Source: Octopus sinensis (Eukaryota). Taken from it: a stretch of DNA of 64,000 nt. The stretch is taken from contig NC_043010.1 of NCBI RefSeq assembly GCF_006345805.1, positions 16,306,001 to 16,370,000 on the forward strand, in the 5' to 3' direction. Shown piece after piece: positions 50,760 through 62,717 of this stretch. The notes beneath the pieces were generated by a model. That model was given only the letters and a program-made list of their open reading frames with translations, was not told the DNA's origin and did not search any database. Each line of letters begins with the position of its first letter. Within the stretch, counting starts at the first letter, position 1. Both the position numbers and the translations under genes were made by a program.

Positions 50760-52130
50760 ATAAACACAATAAAGAATAAATATTTGCCGAGCTCCGTGTC
50801 AGCATATCCTTATTTATTATCAGTGAAAGAATATGAAAAGTAATCTGGATGATAATCCAATGTAGTCGAAGGATGGGAGTGTGATTATGAAGAGAATGTG
50901 TGGAAGAAAAAGGGTCTGAATAGAGTGAAGAGAGGGACAAGCCATCCAAGTTGACAGCAATACAGTAAGATAAGAAAAATGAAGGCACCATGTTCACTGT
51001 TAGGATGCTTAGAAAATGTCAGAAGGAGATGTAAATTAGGTTGTAGAGGAGGCTGTCATAGCTGGGTGCTCCGTTGTTGCTGTAAGGGACAGAAGATGTG
51101 AGAAAAAGAGGGAACCTAGAAAAATCAAACTGTGAGACCAGGTTTATAGAAATAAGTTATAATAAACTTAATTAGTATGAAAATTAACATAAATGTGATG
51201 CTGTTTGAAGAAATACCATTGTCGCCAAATTCAAAGTGGAACAGCTGCAGAACTCTACCAGGTGTAAAGCTGGCAAACAGGTTTCTCTGGCTGCTTTGCT
51301 GACCAGAGAAAAACCTTTGGCAGGATTACACATTTGGTGATCTTATGGTCACTGAGAAAACTTGGAGAGCTGTGGAAACTGAGAGGCCAGAGAGCAAAAT
51401 GGAAAGTAATGGATGAATTCAGTTCGAAGGTAGGAGTACATCAAGGTTCAGTCCTTACCCCACTTCTGTCCTTTGTAGTTCCCCAAGCTATAACAGATGA
51501 GTTCAAGATTGGATGTCCTTGGGATTTCCCTATGCAAATGATGTAGTCCTTGTAGATGAATTGGAGAAAAAAGTTCCAGGCTCTCTAGAGTTGCCTGGGC
51601 ATTGGACAGTTGATAGTTTCTGTTATCTAAGGGACCAGGTGGGTATTCTGAAGGTATAAGAAGTAAGAACTGGTTGCAAGAAGGTTCCGGGAACCATTAC
51701 TACTTCTGGCAACAAAAGCATTCTCCGTCAGAATGAAGGCCGACTGTATGACGCTTGTATGCAGAAGGTGTGAAGCTGCATTATTATGAGATGTGGGTAT
51801 TGGAACCCAAAGGCTGTGCAGAGACTAGAAAGAGATGAAGTGAGGATGCGTAACACTAACGTGCACGAGCGACAGAGCAGGAATGAGCTGAGAGAGAGAG
51901 ACAAGTGAATATGAGAGGAATGAAATAAGAATGTGTAAGAAAGAGAGAACTGCATTAGGAAGGACATGTGGTGTGCATGGAGGAGGACAGTTGTATAAAA
52001 AGAAAGAAAGTACCAAGTACTTAATGTGAATGGAAACTGAAGAAGATTTGGGACAAAGTGTTGAAGACAGATCCAAAACTGTTGCACCTTACAGAAGTGA
52101 TGACAAAGGCCTGTATTGATGGTAACGTAC
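50760..52130 (+). mobile_element. Heavily decayed RTE-type LINE fragments
   Basis: ILWSLRKLG, KVGVHQGSVLTPLLSFVV and YADDV-like tatgcaaatgatgtag, plus a downstream GRLYDAC segment. Confidence 0.75.
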
Positions 52131-53037
52131 TGTGAAGGAGAAGATTTCACCCACCTCAAACGGCATGGTAAAAACACATGTCAAAATTTATGTATGTTTG
52201 TGTGTATATCATCATTTAACATTCATTTTCCATATTGGCATGGGTTGGATGGTTTGACTGAGGTCAGGAGAGCCAGCAGCTGCACCAAGCTCCAGTCTGA
52301 TCTGGCAATATTTCTACAGCTGGATGCCTTTCCTAACGCCAACCACTCCTAGAGTGTTGTGGGTGCTTTTTACATGTCACCGACACAGGAGCCTGGCATC
52401 AGTCATGTTCGAATCATTGATCTTATATATATATACATATATATATATATATACTTGTATCCTTAGTTATATGTACATACAAACGTATGCATGCTTGCGG
52501 GACTTTTGGGGAAATGGATATGGGAGTCATTCTGTTTGATTTTCTGGAACATGACAGTACTAAAAGCCATTTGGAAGAAGAAACCAAACAAGAATCTGTG
52601 TGTGTGTGTGTGGTTATGCAATAACCACACACACACACACCTTTGGTAACAAATCAGGCAATCATTAAATTGTGTTGGTCAGTTGTCCCCACCCAGACTG
52701 GGCATCCTGCAACTTGCATCCGTTCAGTTCCAATGAAGGACCATCTTTGAGGACATTTAATGACCTGAATGAGGGTAGAACAGTGCACAGGTGGATCTTT
52801 CCGAAGATGATTTGAGAGAAAGAGGGATTAAGTGATGGTGCAAAGGCATTGCTTGTGATGGAGACTATGTTGAGAAATATCTTTCTCTGAAGAGAGAGAG
52901 TTACTCTAAAAACATGCAACTTCCACAATCTTAGTTAATTATCTACTATGAGGGGGTGGTCCAACTGAAATAAAATATTTTTAAATGGTTTCATAAGAGC
53001 AATACACTGATAATTCAATGTCATCATCTGTGTGTGT

Positions 53038-53780
53038 ATGAGTGTATAAAGGTTCATACATGAAGAGAATATTCTTGACAGGACTTCTTACTTGCTGAAA
53101 CGGGCAGTTAAACCCAAACCACTAAAAAAAAAAAAAAGATTTCTTAAGGCACAGTGCTAATAGGCACCAGAGTGAGTAAAAAACTAGTTAACCCTATACT
53201 CGAGTTTTACTATTAATGACCAAATAAATTAATTTGGCATCTGTAGCTCGTCAGTAAAAAATGCATGATTATGTAGCTATTATACATACTGAAAACACAA
53301 AGTAAACACATGCACTGGCAGCTCCATCTTTATACATTATGGATTCAACCCTTGTGTCCGAGCATTGTCAGAATAGTACATCAGTAAAGAATTTAACTGT
53401 GTACTACACAGCCTTTGAATTGAAAAATTTTACTGCATAAATATAAGGGTAAAAAATTATTTTTGAAATAATTTATTACCAATGGTTTGCATGTGTAATA
53501 AAAGCCATAAGACATAAAAACATTTTATAAATGAGTGTATTAAAGTTTTATACAAGGAGAGAAGATCCTTGACAGGATTTCTTACATGCTGAAAAGAGCA
53601 GTTAAACCCAAACCACAAAAAAGGAATTCTTAAGGCTTGCTGCTAATAGGCACCAGAGTGAGTAAAAAACTAGTTAACCCTATACTCGAGTTTTGCTATT
53701 AATGACCAAATAAATTAATTTGGCATCTGTAGCTTGTCAGTAGGGTCGCCAAAAAGTGCATAATTATGTAGCTATTATAC
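53038..53780. repeat. Pair of ~250-bp direct repeats (53038-53285 and 53531-53780)
   Basis: Long identical blocks such as TGCTAATAGGCACCAGAGTGAGTAAAAAACTAGTTAACCCTATACTCGAGTTTT occur in both; period about 493-495 bp. Confidence 0.9.
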
Positions 53781-54779
53781 AAACCCTTATATTTATGCAG
53801 CATATATATATATAAGGGAGGAGTTAGACAGTTTATATAAAAGGAAAAGAAAACAATATCCCTTCCAAAAATGATAGTATTTTAAAGTATTGAAAAAAAT
53901 CAACTTGATTATGACTGGACGATAACAGTTGACTGAAAGTAGCCACCATCACCTTCCAGCATTGGCCTGAAGACAGCCCCAGAATCTGGTTCATGTGTCC
54001 TTTACTGTGTCCCTGGGAAGATCTTGCAACCTGTCTTTGATGGTGGCCACCAGCAGCTCAGCCTTGGTGCTGCAGGCAGAGCAAGTTGGTGGCTTTCTCA
54101 ACCTTGCCACATACATAATAATAATACATGGTATTAGAACCAGGCAAGTTTGGACGCCAGAAATTGGGTTTGGTGCAGTTGTAGAAATTCCCCTAACAAC
54201 CACTTCTGACTCTTTTTAGAGGTATGGCTAGGAGCTGACTCCTGTTGTCACACATGTGGCCTTCCAACAGCAACTCTCTCTAGCCAGGGTTTGACCACTC
54301 TCCAACAGCTTCACATGGCCATCTGAATTAAGCCAAAGATCTTCTTCCAAGATGTGGAGGTGGTGGCATGATGTCACCCCCACTGGAAATATACCCAAAG
54401 ACCATCTCCTTCTTGCTTGGACACAGTTTTGTAGTCTCCATTGCAGCTGCCCATTCTTTGTCTTACACCCTTTACAATGTTCACAGAGCATTGAGCAGCA
54501 GTCATGATGTTAGCATTTTGATACCTGGCATAAATTGTCATGACACAGGTAACTCTTTCCCAATATTCACATGACTTCCAGTCCTCCTTGTTGGTCAACT
54601 TTTTCTTGACTACAGCTTTAGTCTTTAGGCTCCCCAACGCTTCTGACTTTTCCTATATATCAAGCTGTTCCTTAGAAAACGGGTCATAAAAAACCATACA
54701 ATTAGCAGGAATGCCTTGTGTGTGGTGTGTGATAATTGCTTCATCTTGACAGATAATAGCTGTCCAATCAATACACACA

Positions 54780-57700
54780 CACACCACACCCCATCACACA
54801 ACACAATCACTCCATTGATAAGCCCTTAAATGACTTTTAAGACAAGCCGTTGACTGACAGCGCTTAAAACACAAGCGATAGATATTATACAAGTTTCCTC
54901 TATATCGTTGCCCTTTGGAATCTGATTCTGAAGGAATTTTTTTATGAACTAGCATATGTCTTTTAAGTCCAGATATTGTCTTACAAGCTTTTTGACATAT
55001 GACACAAGTCGTGAGAGGTGGTTGGTGTCCATGATCATTCCCTATCTGGGCATTACGATTTTCATGTGAGCTCATGTGGCTCACATATCCTGCTTTTGAC
55101 AACAGAACACGATCGTATATAATTCACATCCAATGTTCATTGTTGATTTCAGTCCCAATCGTTCCTTTGTGACAGGCCCTTTTAAGTTCAGAGTGCTGAA
55201 TCATCTTTTCCTCCCAGGCATTGCAACCAGTCCTAACAGCACCTTTCCACTTGCTCCGATCTAGAGCATCATTTTCCAAATCACTTTTGTTCATATCTAG
55301 TTTCTTCAGATTTTCCTTCACACAGTCTTTATACCTTTTCCTTGGCTTGTGTGGCGGTCGCTTACCAGAGTTGAGCTCACCATAAAAAAGTCGCTTGAGC
55401 AAACACTTGTCTTTCATTCTAATAACATGTCCAGTCCATCTAATTTGAGCCAAGACAACATGTTGTTCAACTGAGCTGCAATGTGCAAAACTTCTGTGTC
55501 TGGTATGAAACATTCCTACTTGACTCCTAAGATATGTCTGAGGCATTTTTGATGAAATCTTTCCAGCATTTTCATATGACGCTTGTAAGGGGTCCATGTC
55601 TCACTTGAATAAAGATGTGCAGACAGTACACACGCTTTATAGACACTGATTTTTGTCTGCAGGGAAATACTTTTATCCGTCCATACTTGCTTTTCGAGCT
55701 TTCCAAATGCAACACTTCCCTCACCTATTCGATATCTCTGCATCAAGACCACCCTTCCTTGACAGTGTGCTTATTAGGTAAACAAAGGTGTCAACGACTT
55801 CTAACCTTGTTCCATTCACAAAAATGTTTGGTTCAGAATATGTTTGTCCTGGCACAGGAGTAAACATTACTTTGGTTTTCCCAAGACTAATTGTGAGTCT
55901 GAAATGTACACATGCAGTGGAAAATCTGTCCATTAAATGTTGCATATCCCCCCCCCCATTCTGAGTGTGCCAACAAATCAGCATAAAGTAATTTTCTAAC
56001 AAGTATTTTGAAAGTCTTAAACCAGATGTGACCAGACGTCTAAAATCTGATTCCGATTCCTCTGTAGCAATCCTTGAAAGCAGACCAATGCAATGCAGCA
56101 AAATAGAGAAAAGGGTAGGGGCAGGAATATCTCCCTGTTTGACACCATTGTCCACCAAAAATTCATGAGATAGCTCACCTTTAAAGACTACCTGAGCTTT
56201 CATGTTTCTGTATAGTTCCTTAAAGATGCTCACAAACGGCATTGGGCAACCAAGTTTACACAAAACAATCCACAGTGCCTCCCTGTTTGCCATGTCAAAT
56301 ACCTTCGTTAAATCTATGAATATCTGGAATAGTGGCATTTGTTCCTCTAAACATTTCTCTTGAACCTGCCTCACAGAAAACATCATGTCCATTGTTCCTC
56401 ACTCAGGACTGAAGCCACTCTGTTCTTCAGGAATCACATGTAAACACACATTCTCAACAAGACGATCCAACATGATCCTTGAAAGTATCTTCCCAGTATG
56501 TGCCAGAAAAGTTATCCCTCTAGAATTACCACACACTGCTTTCGGGCCCTTACCCTTGTATAGAGAGATTAGAATGCCATTTATCCAATCTTGTGGCACA
56601 GAAGATTCATTCCAAACTCAAATTGTCAGGTTATGAATTTCAGATGAAATGTGATCCCCACCTGCTTTCAGAATTCAACTGGAATACCATCCAATCCAAG
56701 AGCTTTACCTGATCTCAGATTTACTTCTTCAATGGAAGGGGTATTGTTCATGTATTGCACTATCTCTCTCTGCGGAATGTTGTTTATGGTCTCCGTATTC
56801 ACTACAGATGGATTGTGGAAAAGATCTGCAAAGTGTTCTCTTAATCTAGTCATTATTCCAGGAGGATCTTTAATACATTCATCTCCATCTTTCAACTTCA
56901 AGGGAACAAAGGATGATGAAGATTGCAGTGCAAAAGCTTGCTGCAATAAACTATAGAAACTTTTAATGTCTTTCCTGTCATAGGCCACCTGTACTTCCTC
57001 AAACAAATTTCTCCACTGAGTGTCTTTAAGCCTCCTGAGTTCCTTTTGCAAGTCTGCTTTCTGAGACTTGTACAACTTTTCTAGTTGCACATTGTTCTTT
57101 ACGTTTGGGTCAAGAAGCTTTTCATGAGTGGACCACTTTGTTGCTAAAAGCTCATTTATCACTGTATCATTGGAATCAAACCAGTCTCAGTGTTGTCTCC
57201 TCTTAAAACCTAACACCTCTGAACCCATTTTATATATTCAATCCCGAAAAGATTGCCATGACTCTTCAAAATGAACATTGCTGCATCTCTTTTCTGAAAT
57301 AACTACAAAACTGCTCTACATCAATTTTCTTTGGTACTCGTACACCTGCACTACGAATTTTCTTGTGGATCCTGAACTTGAACTTGGCCCTAACCATTTT
57401 GTGATCAGTATCACAATCAGAACCTTGTAATACTCTGAGACTGTACAAATCTTTTAAGTCAGCTTTCCATGATAATATAAAGTCAATCATGTGACCTTGC
57501 TTCGATCTTGGGTGAATCCAGATAACTTTAAGCTTCATCTTATGATGAAAGAAAGTCTTCTCAACAACCAGCCCTAGCTCAGAGTACATTTGCAGCAGAT
57601 GCAGCCCATTGTTGCTCACCTTTCCTATTCCATAATGGTCAAGTACATTCCAAGCACCATAGTCTCAACCAACTCATGCATCAAAGTCACCAAGCACAAC

Positions 57701-58850
57701 CAACTTCTCATTGAAAGTGACTGACAGAATACTTCTAAGCTCTGCATAAAATGCACGGATATTTTCCTCACTAGCATAAATAGAGAAAACAGTTACAAAA
57801 TGTCCACAAGAAAAAGGGATCTGGGGTTTCATTATGCATTTATTTATGCTTTGTGGTTGTTCTAGGTCCTTCAGTAAATCACTTCTGATTGCAAACCCAA
57901 CACCACCTTCCCTTTTCTCTCCCTTTGGATTTCCAACCCAGAATAATGGGAAACCATTACTTTTTCGACAAGATGATCTTCATCTGAACATCTCATTTCA
58001 GAAAGAATTGCAATGTCAACATCAAGACACCTCAGCTCCTTAGTTACTAAGAGCTGTTCTTCTTCCGGGCCTATTTCTCAATCTAAAATGGTTCTCAAAT
58101 GCCAGCAGGCCAGGTTAAGAGAAACCTTATTCCTTGCATTCTTGTTAATCATTGTTTGTATCAATTCTTTGTTCATTCCTGCTAAATTGAACCACCGTTA
58201 ACCACAGTAAACCAACCAGCAGAGAAAGGACAGACAATATTTAGTGCACCTTCCCAGTATATTCCAGGTGAGCAGTGTTCGCCTTAAAAGTGCTGATCAG
58301 GATTCTCCACCAAAAACAGTTCCTGTCCACGAAAACATGTTAGCAATGCTAAGAAACCTTCCAGCTTATGTGCAGATTTGTAACTGTATGCTTCCAACCA
58401 GTCAAGTCTCCATACATTGCCTCGCTTCTATCACCATGGGACTTTGGAAAAGTGGTGATTGTATGATGATGGTGTTTTGTCGAGGACATCTGTACTTCAT
58501 TGGATTTCAGTGACAAACGCTTGTACAACACTTCTGCCATTCCCTGAGTCAAAATGGTAGATTCCAGTGACAAGCAAAGCAAGATGACTAGTACTAAGTT
58601 GACTGCAAGTTTTATATCGGAGTTTTATACCTTCTCCTAGGCTTTTCCTCAAATGGAGACTGCAAGCCAGCAGTGGTAAGTCAATTTGAATTCAGAGCTT
58701 TATTCTCCTGTACAGGTTGTCCTAATCACAGCTTCATTTCAAAACAGGATCCCAGTCTGACCCTATCAAACAGTCATGGCTTTGATAGTACAACCAATTC
58801 AGGGGACCATCATTACCATGACCTGGTTTTATGTCAGTGTGTCCTTCTCC
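54780..58850 (-). mobile_element. Near full-length decayed RTE/BovB-like LINE (EN-RT-C2H2 x3)
   Basis: EN remnants HMIDFIL and DTDHKMV. RT remnants CGNSRGITFLAHTGKILSRI, PEEQSGF, FIDLTKVFD and GVKQGDIPAPTLF. Thumb LYSSETW..LERFHQKCLRHIL; C-terminus RWTGHVIRM..LFYGEL..RKRYKD. The 5' boundary is approximate. Confidence 0.93.
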
Positions 58851-59125
58851 CAGAAAAGTTGCCTTCACCATGGCTAATGGCCCTCATCTGCCCCCACACA
58901 CATGTAGAAAAAATTGATACATATGTACACATTTTAAAAAATATATATAAAATTTTTAAATTTTTACAATTTAAAAATGTTTCTTTTAAATAAAAATAAA
59001 AAAGATATAGAAATATATAAAAGATATATAGATATATATATCTTTTTCTTTTTCCATATATATAAATGCATGCGTATGTGTGTGTGTATAGACATATCAA
59101 TTTAAATACACAACTGAAAGAGCTA

Positions 59126-59827
59126 CGAGGGGCGTTCAATAAGTAATGCCCCTGACCCACTTCCCATAGCAGTAGAGCAACGAAACTTGGCACAGTTATT
59201 AGTCTTTTTCTACATAGGAACCACTCAGAGTTACACATTTCTCCCATCATTTAATGCAACTCTGGAGACCGTTTTTGTAGAAGACCTCAGCTTGGTCCTC
59301 CAACTACGATGTGACTTCAAAAATCAAGGCTGCATCATCTGGGAAATGCTTTCCTTTCAAAAACAACTTCATGGCTGGGAAGAGGTGAAAATCAGAGGGT
59401 GCAGGGTCAGGAGAGTAGGGGGATGGGGGAGGAGTTAATAGCCATAACGCCTGTGGCTTCTGATCTGGCGACACGCGAGTTGTAGACCAGAGCGTTGTCC
59501 TGCAGGAGGAGGATGCCTTTGCTGATCTGCCCCGCCTCTTGATTTTGATAGCTTCTCTTAATTTCCTCAAAAGTGAAGCATAATAGGCTCCTGTAATTGT
59601 GGTACCCTTTGCCAGGAAATCTGTCATCACTACTCCGTCCTTGTCCCAGAAGACTGTGAGCATGACCTTGCCAGCGGAGGGCTGCACCCTTGCCTTCTTT
59701 GGAGGAGGTGAGTCACGGTGCTTCCACTGGCATTGACTGGGCATTTGGTCTCTGGATCATAGTGATGGACCCAGGTTTCATCCTGTGTAATCAGTCTTTG
59801 AAAAATTTTGACTCATCTTCTTGGCAC
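59126..59827 (-). mobile_element. mariner transposon, 3' half (DD34D transposase remnant)
   Basis: ITQDETWVHHYDPETK, GKVMLTVFWD, LLQDNA (frameshifted) and YSPDPAPSDFHLF. The TIR end TA|CGAGGGGCGTTCAATAAG begins at 59124-59126. Confidence 0.92.
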
Positions 59828-60065
59828 TGTTGTTGTTATATATATATAATGTATTGAGTATTAAAGGAAGTAGTGAGTACTTAGTATGAAAGATTAAGAA
59901 AGTGAGAGAGACTGAAAAAACGTGTTAACGATACGAGATACTTTATTAGACTGCTGTTGTTGTACAAGGTATTTGTTGTGGCGGGAAACTTACTGAATGT
60001 CCTTGTATCAAGGGAGACAATGGGCAACGTTGATTGTTCATGTTTGTTGTGATGATTACATAACA
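59828..60065 (-). repeat. 3' LTR (238 bp) of the Ty3/Gypsy element; PPT at 60066-60078
   Basis: The minus strand reads AAAAAGGGAAGA|TGTTATGTAATC...TATAACAACAACA, giving TG...CA termini with an adjacent polypurine tract. Confidence 0.85.
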
Positions 60066-60134
60066 TCTTCCCTTTTTATTTATTTATTTATTTATTTTTT
60101 TTTTTTATCTGTATCTACAGGGAATAATTATTCA

Positions 60135-61263
60135 TCATCCACTTTTTGTGGTTTTATTATTTTGTAGTGTTGAATTCTGTAGTTGTGCTGTTTTTGTTTT
60201 TTCATGCGTGTTTGTTGACTTTGGAAATATATTTTCATAATCTAATTCTTCTGTTATGCGAACGTGTTCATTTGTTTTAAGAATATGTTGTCTATTTCGT
60301 TTGACTGTATTACCTTCCTCTGTTATTACTAAGTATGAACGAGGTAGCTCTAGTTTTTTAATTATTTTGCCCCTTCTAAACCAATTGTTGTTAAACTTAA
60401 TTCTAACCGTGTCGTGTGGTTTTAACTCTGGGAGTTCTGTTGTAATGTTTGATTTCTTCTTTTCGTGAGGCCTGATACCAATTTTGTCGTGTAATATGTT
60501 TGGGAGATTTGTTCGCAATGTTCTATCATTATTTGATTTGCAGGGGATGGTGCACCATTTTGTAATTTAGTCGTGCGTAATGCTAAGAGTGCTAACTGAG
60601 GTTCTTCGCCACTTTTGAATGCCTTTTTTAGCGTCTTTTTTATTGTCTGTATATTTCTCTCAACCATGCCATTCGCTTGATGATAATGGGGGGCTTGTCT
60701 TCGTGTGATGAAAATGCCAATTTTTGCAAATTTTTGAATTCAGCCGAATTGAATTCTGGACCATTGTCACTTACAACTGTTTGCGGAATTCCGAATTTCG
60801 CAAAAGTTTCTTTTAATTTTTTGATTACGGTTTTTGACTGGCAATCATTTACTTCGTGTAGATCAAAAAATCTTGTTGTATAGTCAATAATTGTGACATA
60901 CGAATTTCCAGACAGGTGAAATACGTCTGTACCCACTTTGGTCCATGGTGTAGTAGGTATTTCATGATTTATTAGTGGTTCGGCTGCTTGTTGATTTTTG
61001 TAGTCAATGCAGTATGAGCATGTGTTAATCATGTCTTTGATTTGAGCGTTAATGCCGGGCCAGTATATACATTCCTTCGCTCTCTCTATGCATTTTTCGA
61101 TACCCATGTGTCCGGTATGTATTTCCTGTAGAGCTTCTCTACGTAATGACTTAGGTACAATTATTCTTGAACCTTTTAGAACGAGACCATTGACGATTGA
61201 TATTTCATCACGAACGGAGACGAATGGTTTGATGTTTATTGGTATTTTGCTTTTGGGGGCCAT
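60135..61263 (-). pseudogene. Gypsy integrase region (split by frameshifts)
   Basis: ORFs 60640-61263, 60422-60667 and 60135-60518 carry the HHCC zinc domain, DDE core and C-terminal domain. Confidence 0.9.
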
Positions 61264-61299
61264 TCTGTTCTTGTATATGTGATGAGTGTCTGTAGTGAC

Positions 61300-62717
61300 G
61301 GGTGTCTGCAGTGGCTTCTTTATACTCGTTTAATTTAGTGTCGGTTATGGGTAATTTTTTATTACTGCATGTATGTGCGATTTCATATCTTTGTCTGATA
61401 CTTCTGGAGTATTTTGCTCAAGGTATGCACGTGATAGGGTATCTGCAACAATTGATTCTTTACCAGGTATGTGGTTTAGGTCAAAATCATATCTTTGTAA
61501 TGTTAGTAGAAATCTTTGGATTCGGGGGCATTAGTGATCGATTTTTTGAATATTTGCTTCAACGGTTTATGGTCATTTTCGATTCTGAAATGAGTTCCGT
61601 ATATAAACTGATGAAATTTCTTGCATGCGAAAACTATACTGAGAGCTTCGCTCTCTATCAGACAGTAGTTTTGTTCCGCTTGAGTTGTTGCACGAGATGC
61701 AAACGAAACAGGTAGCCATCTTTCGTTGTGTTTTTCTGCTCAAGTATCGCTCCGAGCCCATGCTTACTAGCATCTGTAGTTATTTTTATTGGTAGATCTG
61801 GATTATAAAATTGTAGCACTGGTTTTTCTGGTAATCATTTCTTTTAGCTTTTTTATGCTTCGATTTGTGGTTTGTCGAATGACCATAACGTGTCACTCTG
61901 TAGAAGCTGGCGTAATGGTGCTGTAACTTCGGAGTAATTAGATAAAAATTTACATAGGTAATTTGTCATACCTAGGAATCTTTGTAATTCTTTTTTACTT
62001 GTTGGCAGTGGCATGTGAATGATTGCTTGTACTTTGGTTGGATCTTGTTTTATCCCTTCGCTGGTTAATAGATGCCCAAGGTACTTGATTTGTGATTCAT
62101 AGAAGATACACTTTGATTTATTTAACTTTAATCCGTGCTTTCGGATTCGATCGAAAACTTGTTGTAGTCTATTTGTGTGTTCTTCTAAAGTGCTGGACCA
62201 GATTATGATGTCATCCTGTGAATTTCTTGCTCCTTCTATGCCCTCTATTATTTTTGCAATTCTTTTTGGAAAACTTCACTGGCGCTGTGAATTCCAAAGG
62301 GTAGTCGTGTGAAGCGATACCTTCCAAAAGGTGTGTTGAACGTTAACAGATGGAGCTTTCTTCGTCAACTGGAATTTGCCAGTATCCATTAGATGCATCG
62401 AGTTTTGAAAAATATTTAGGGTTATGCATTTGTGCAAAAATGTCCTCCGCTGTAGGGAGTTTGAAATGTTGCCTTTTTATGGCTTTGTTTAGATTCTTGG
62501 GGTCTAAACAGAGTCGGAGTTTTCCGTTGGCTTTTTCAACGATGACTAGGGAATTTACCCAGTCTGTAGGTTCACTAACAGGTTTTATGATACCTAATTC
62601 TGTCATTCTTTTTAATTCTTTGTTGAGTTTTTCTTTTATAGAAAAAGGAACCGATCTTGGTGGATGAATTACAGGAGTTATTTGTGGATCCACTGTGATA
62701 TGATGTGTTATTGACAA
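61300..62717 (-). pseudogene. Gypsy RT and RNase H region (stops and frameshifts)
   Basis: ORF 62343-62717 plus a manually read frame IEGARNSQDDIIIWSS...YLGHL...LQRFLGMTNYL, then the RNase H motifs. Confidence 0.9.

Noticed and set aside
52660-52960. Possible mariner-like non-autonomous remnant (TATGAGGGG end)
   Set aside because: Only one putative end is visible and there is no TSD pair; too weak to call.
53900-54640. GC-richer block with 70-87 aa ORFs next to the LINE 3' end
   Set aside because: No conserved domain recognised; probably a TE-derived fragment of unknown type.
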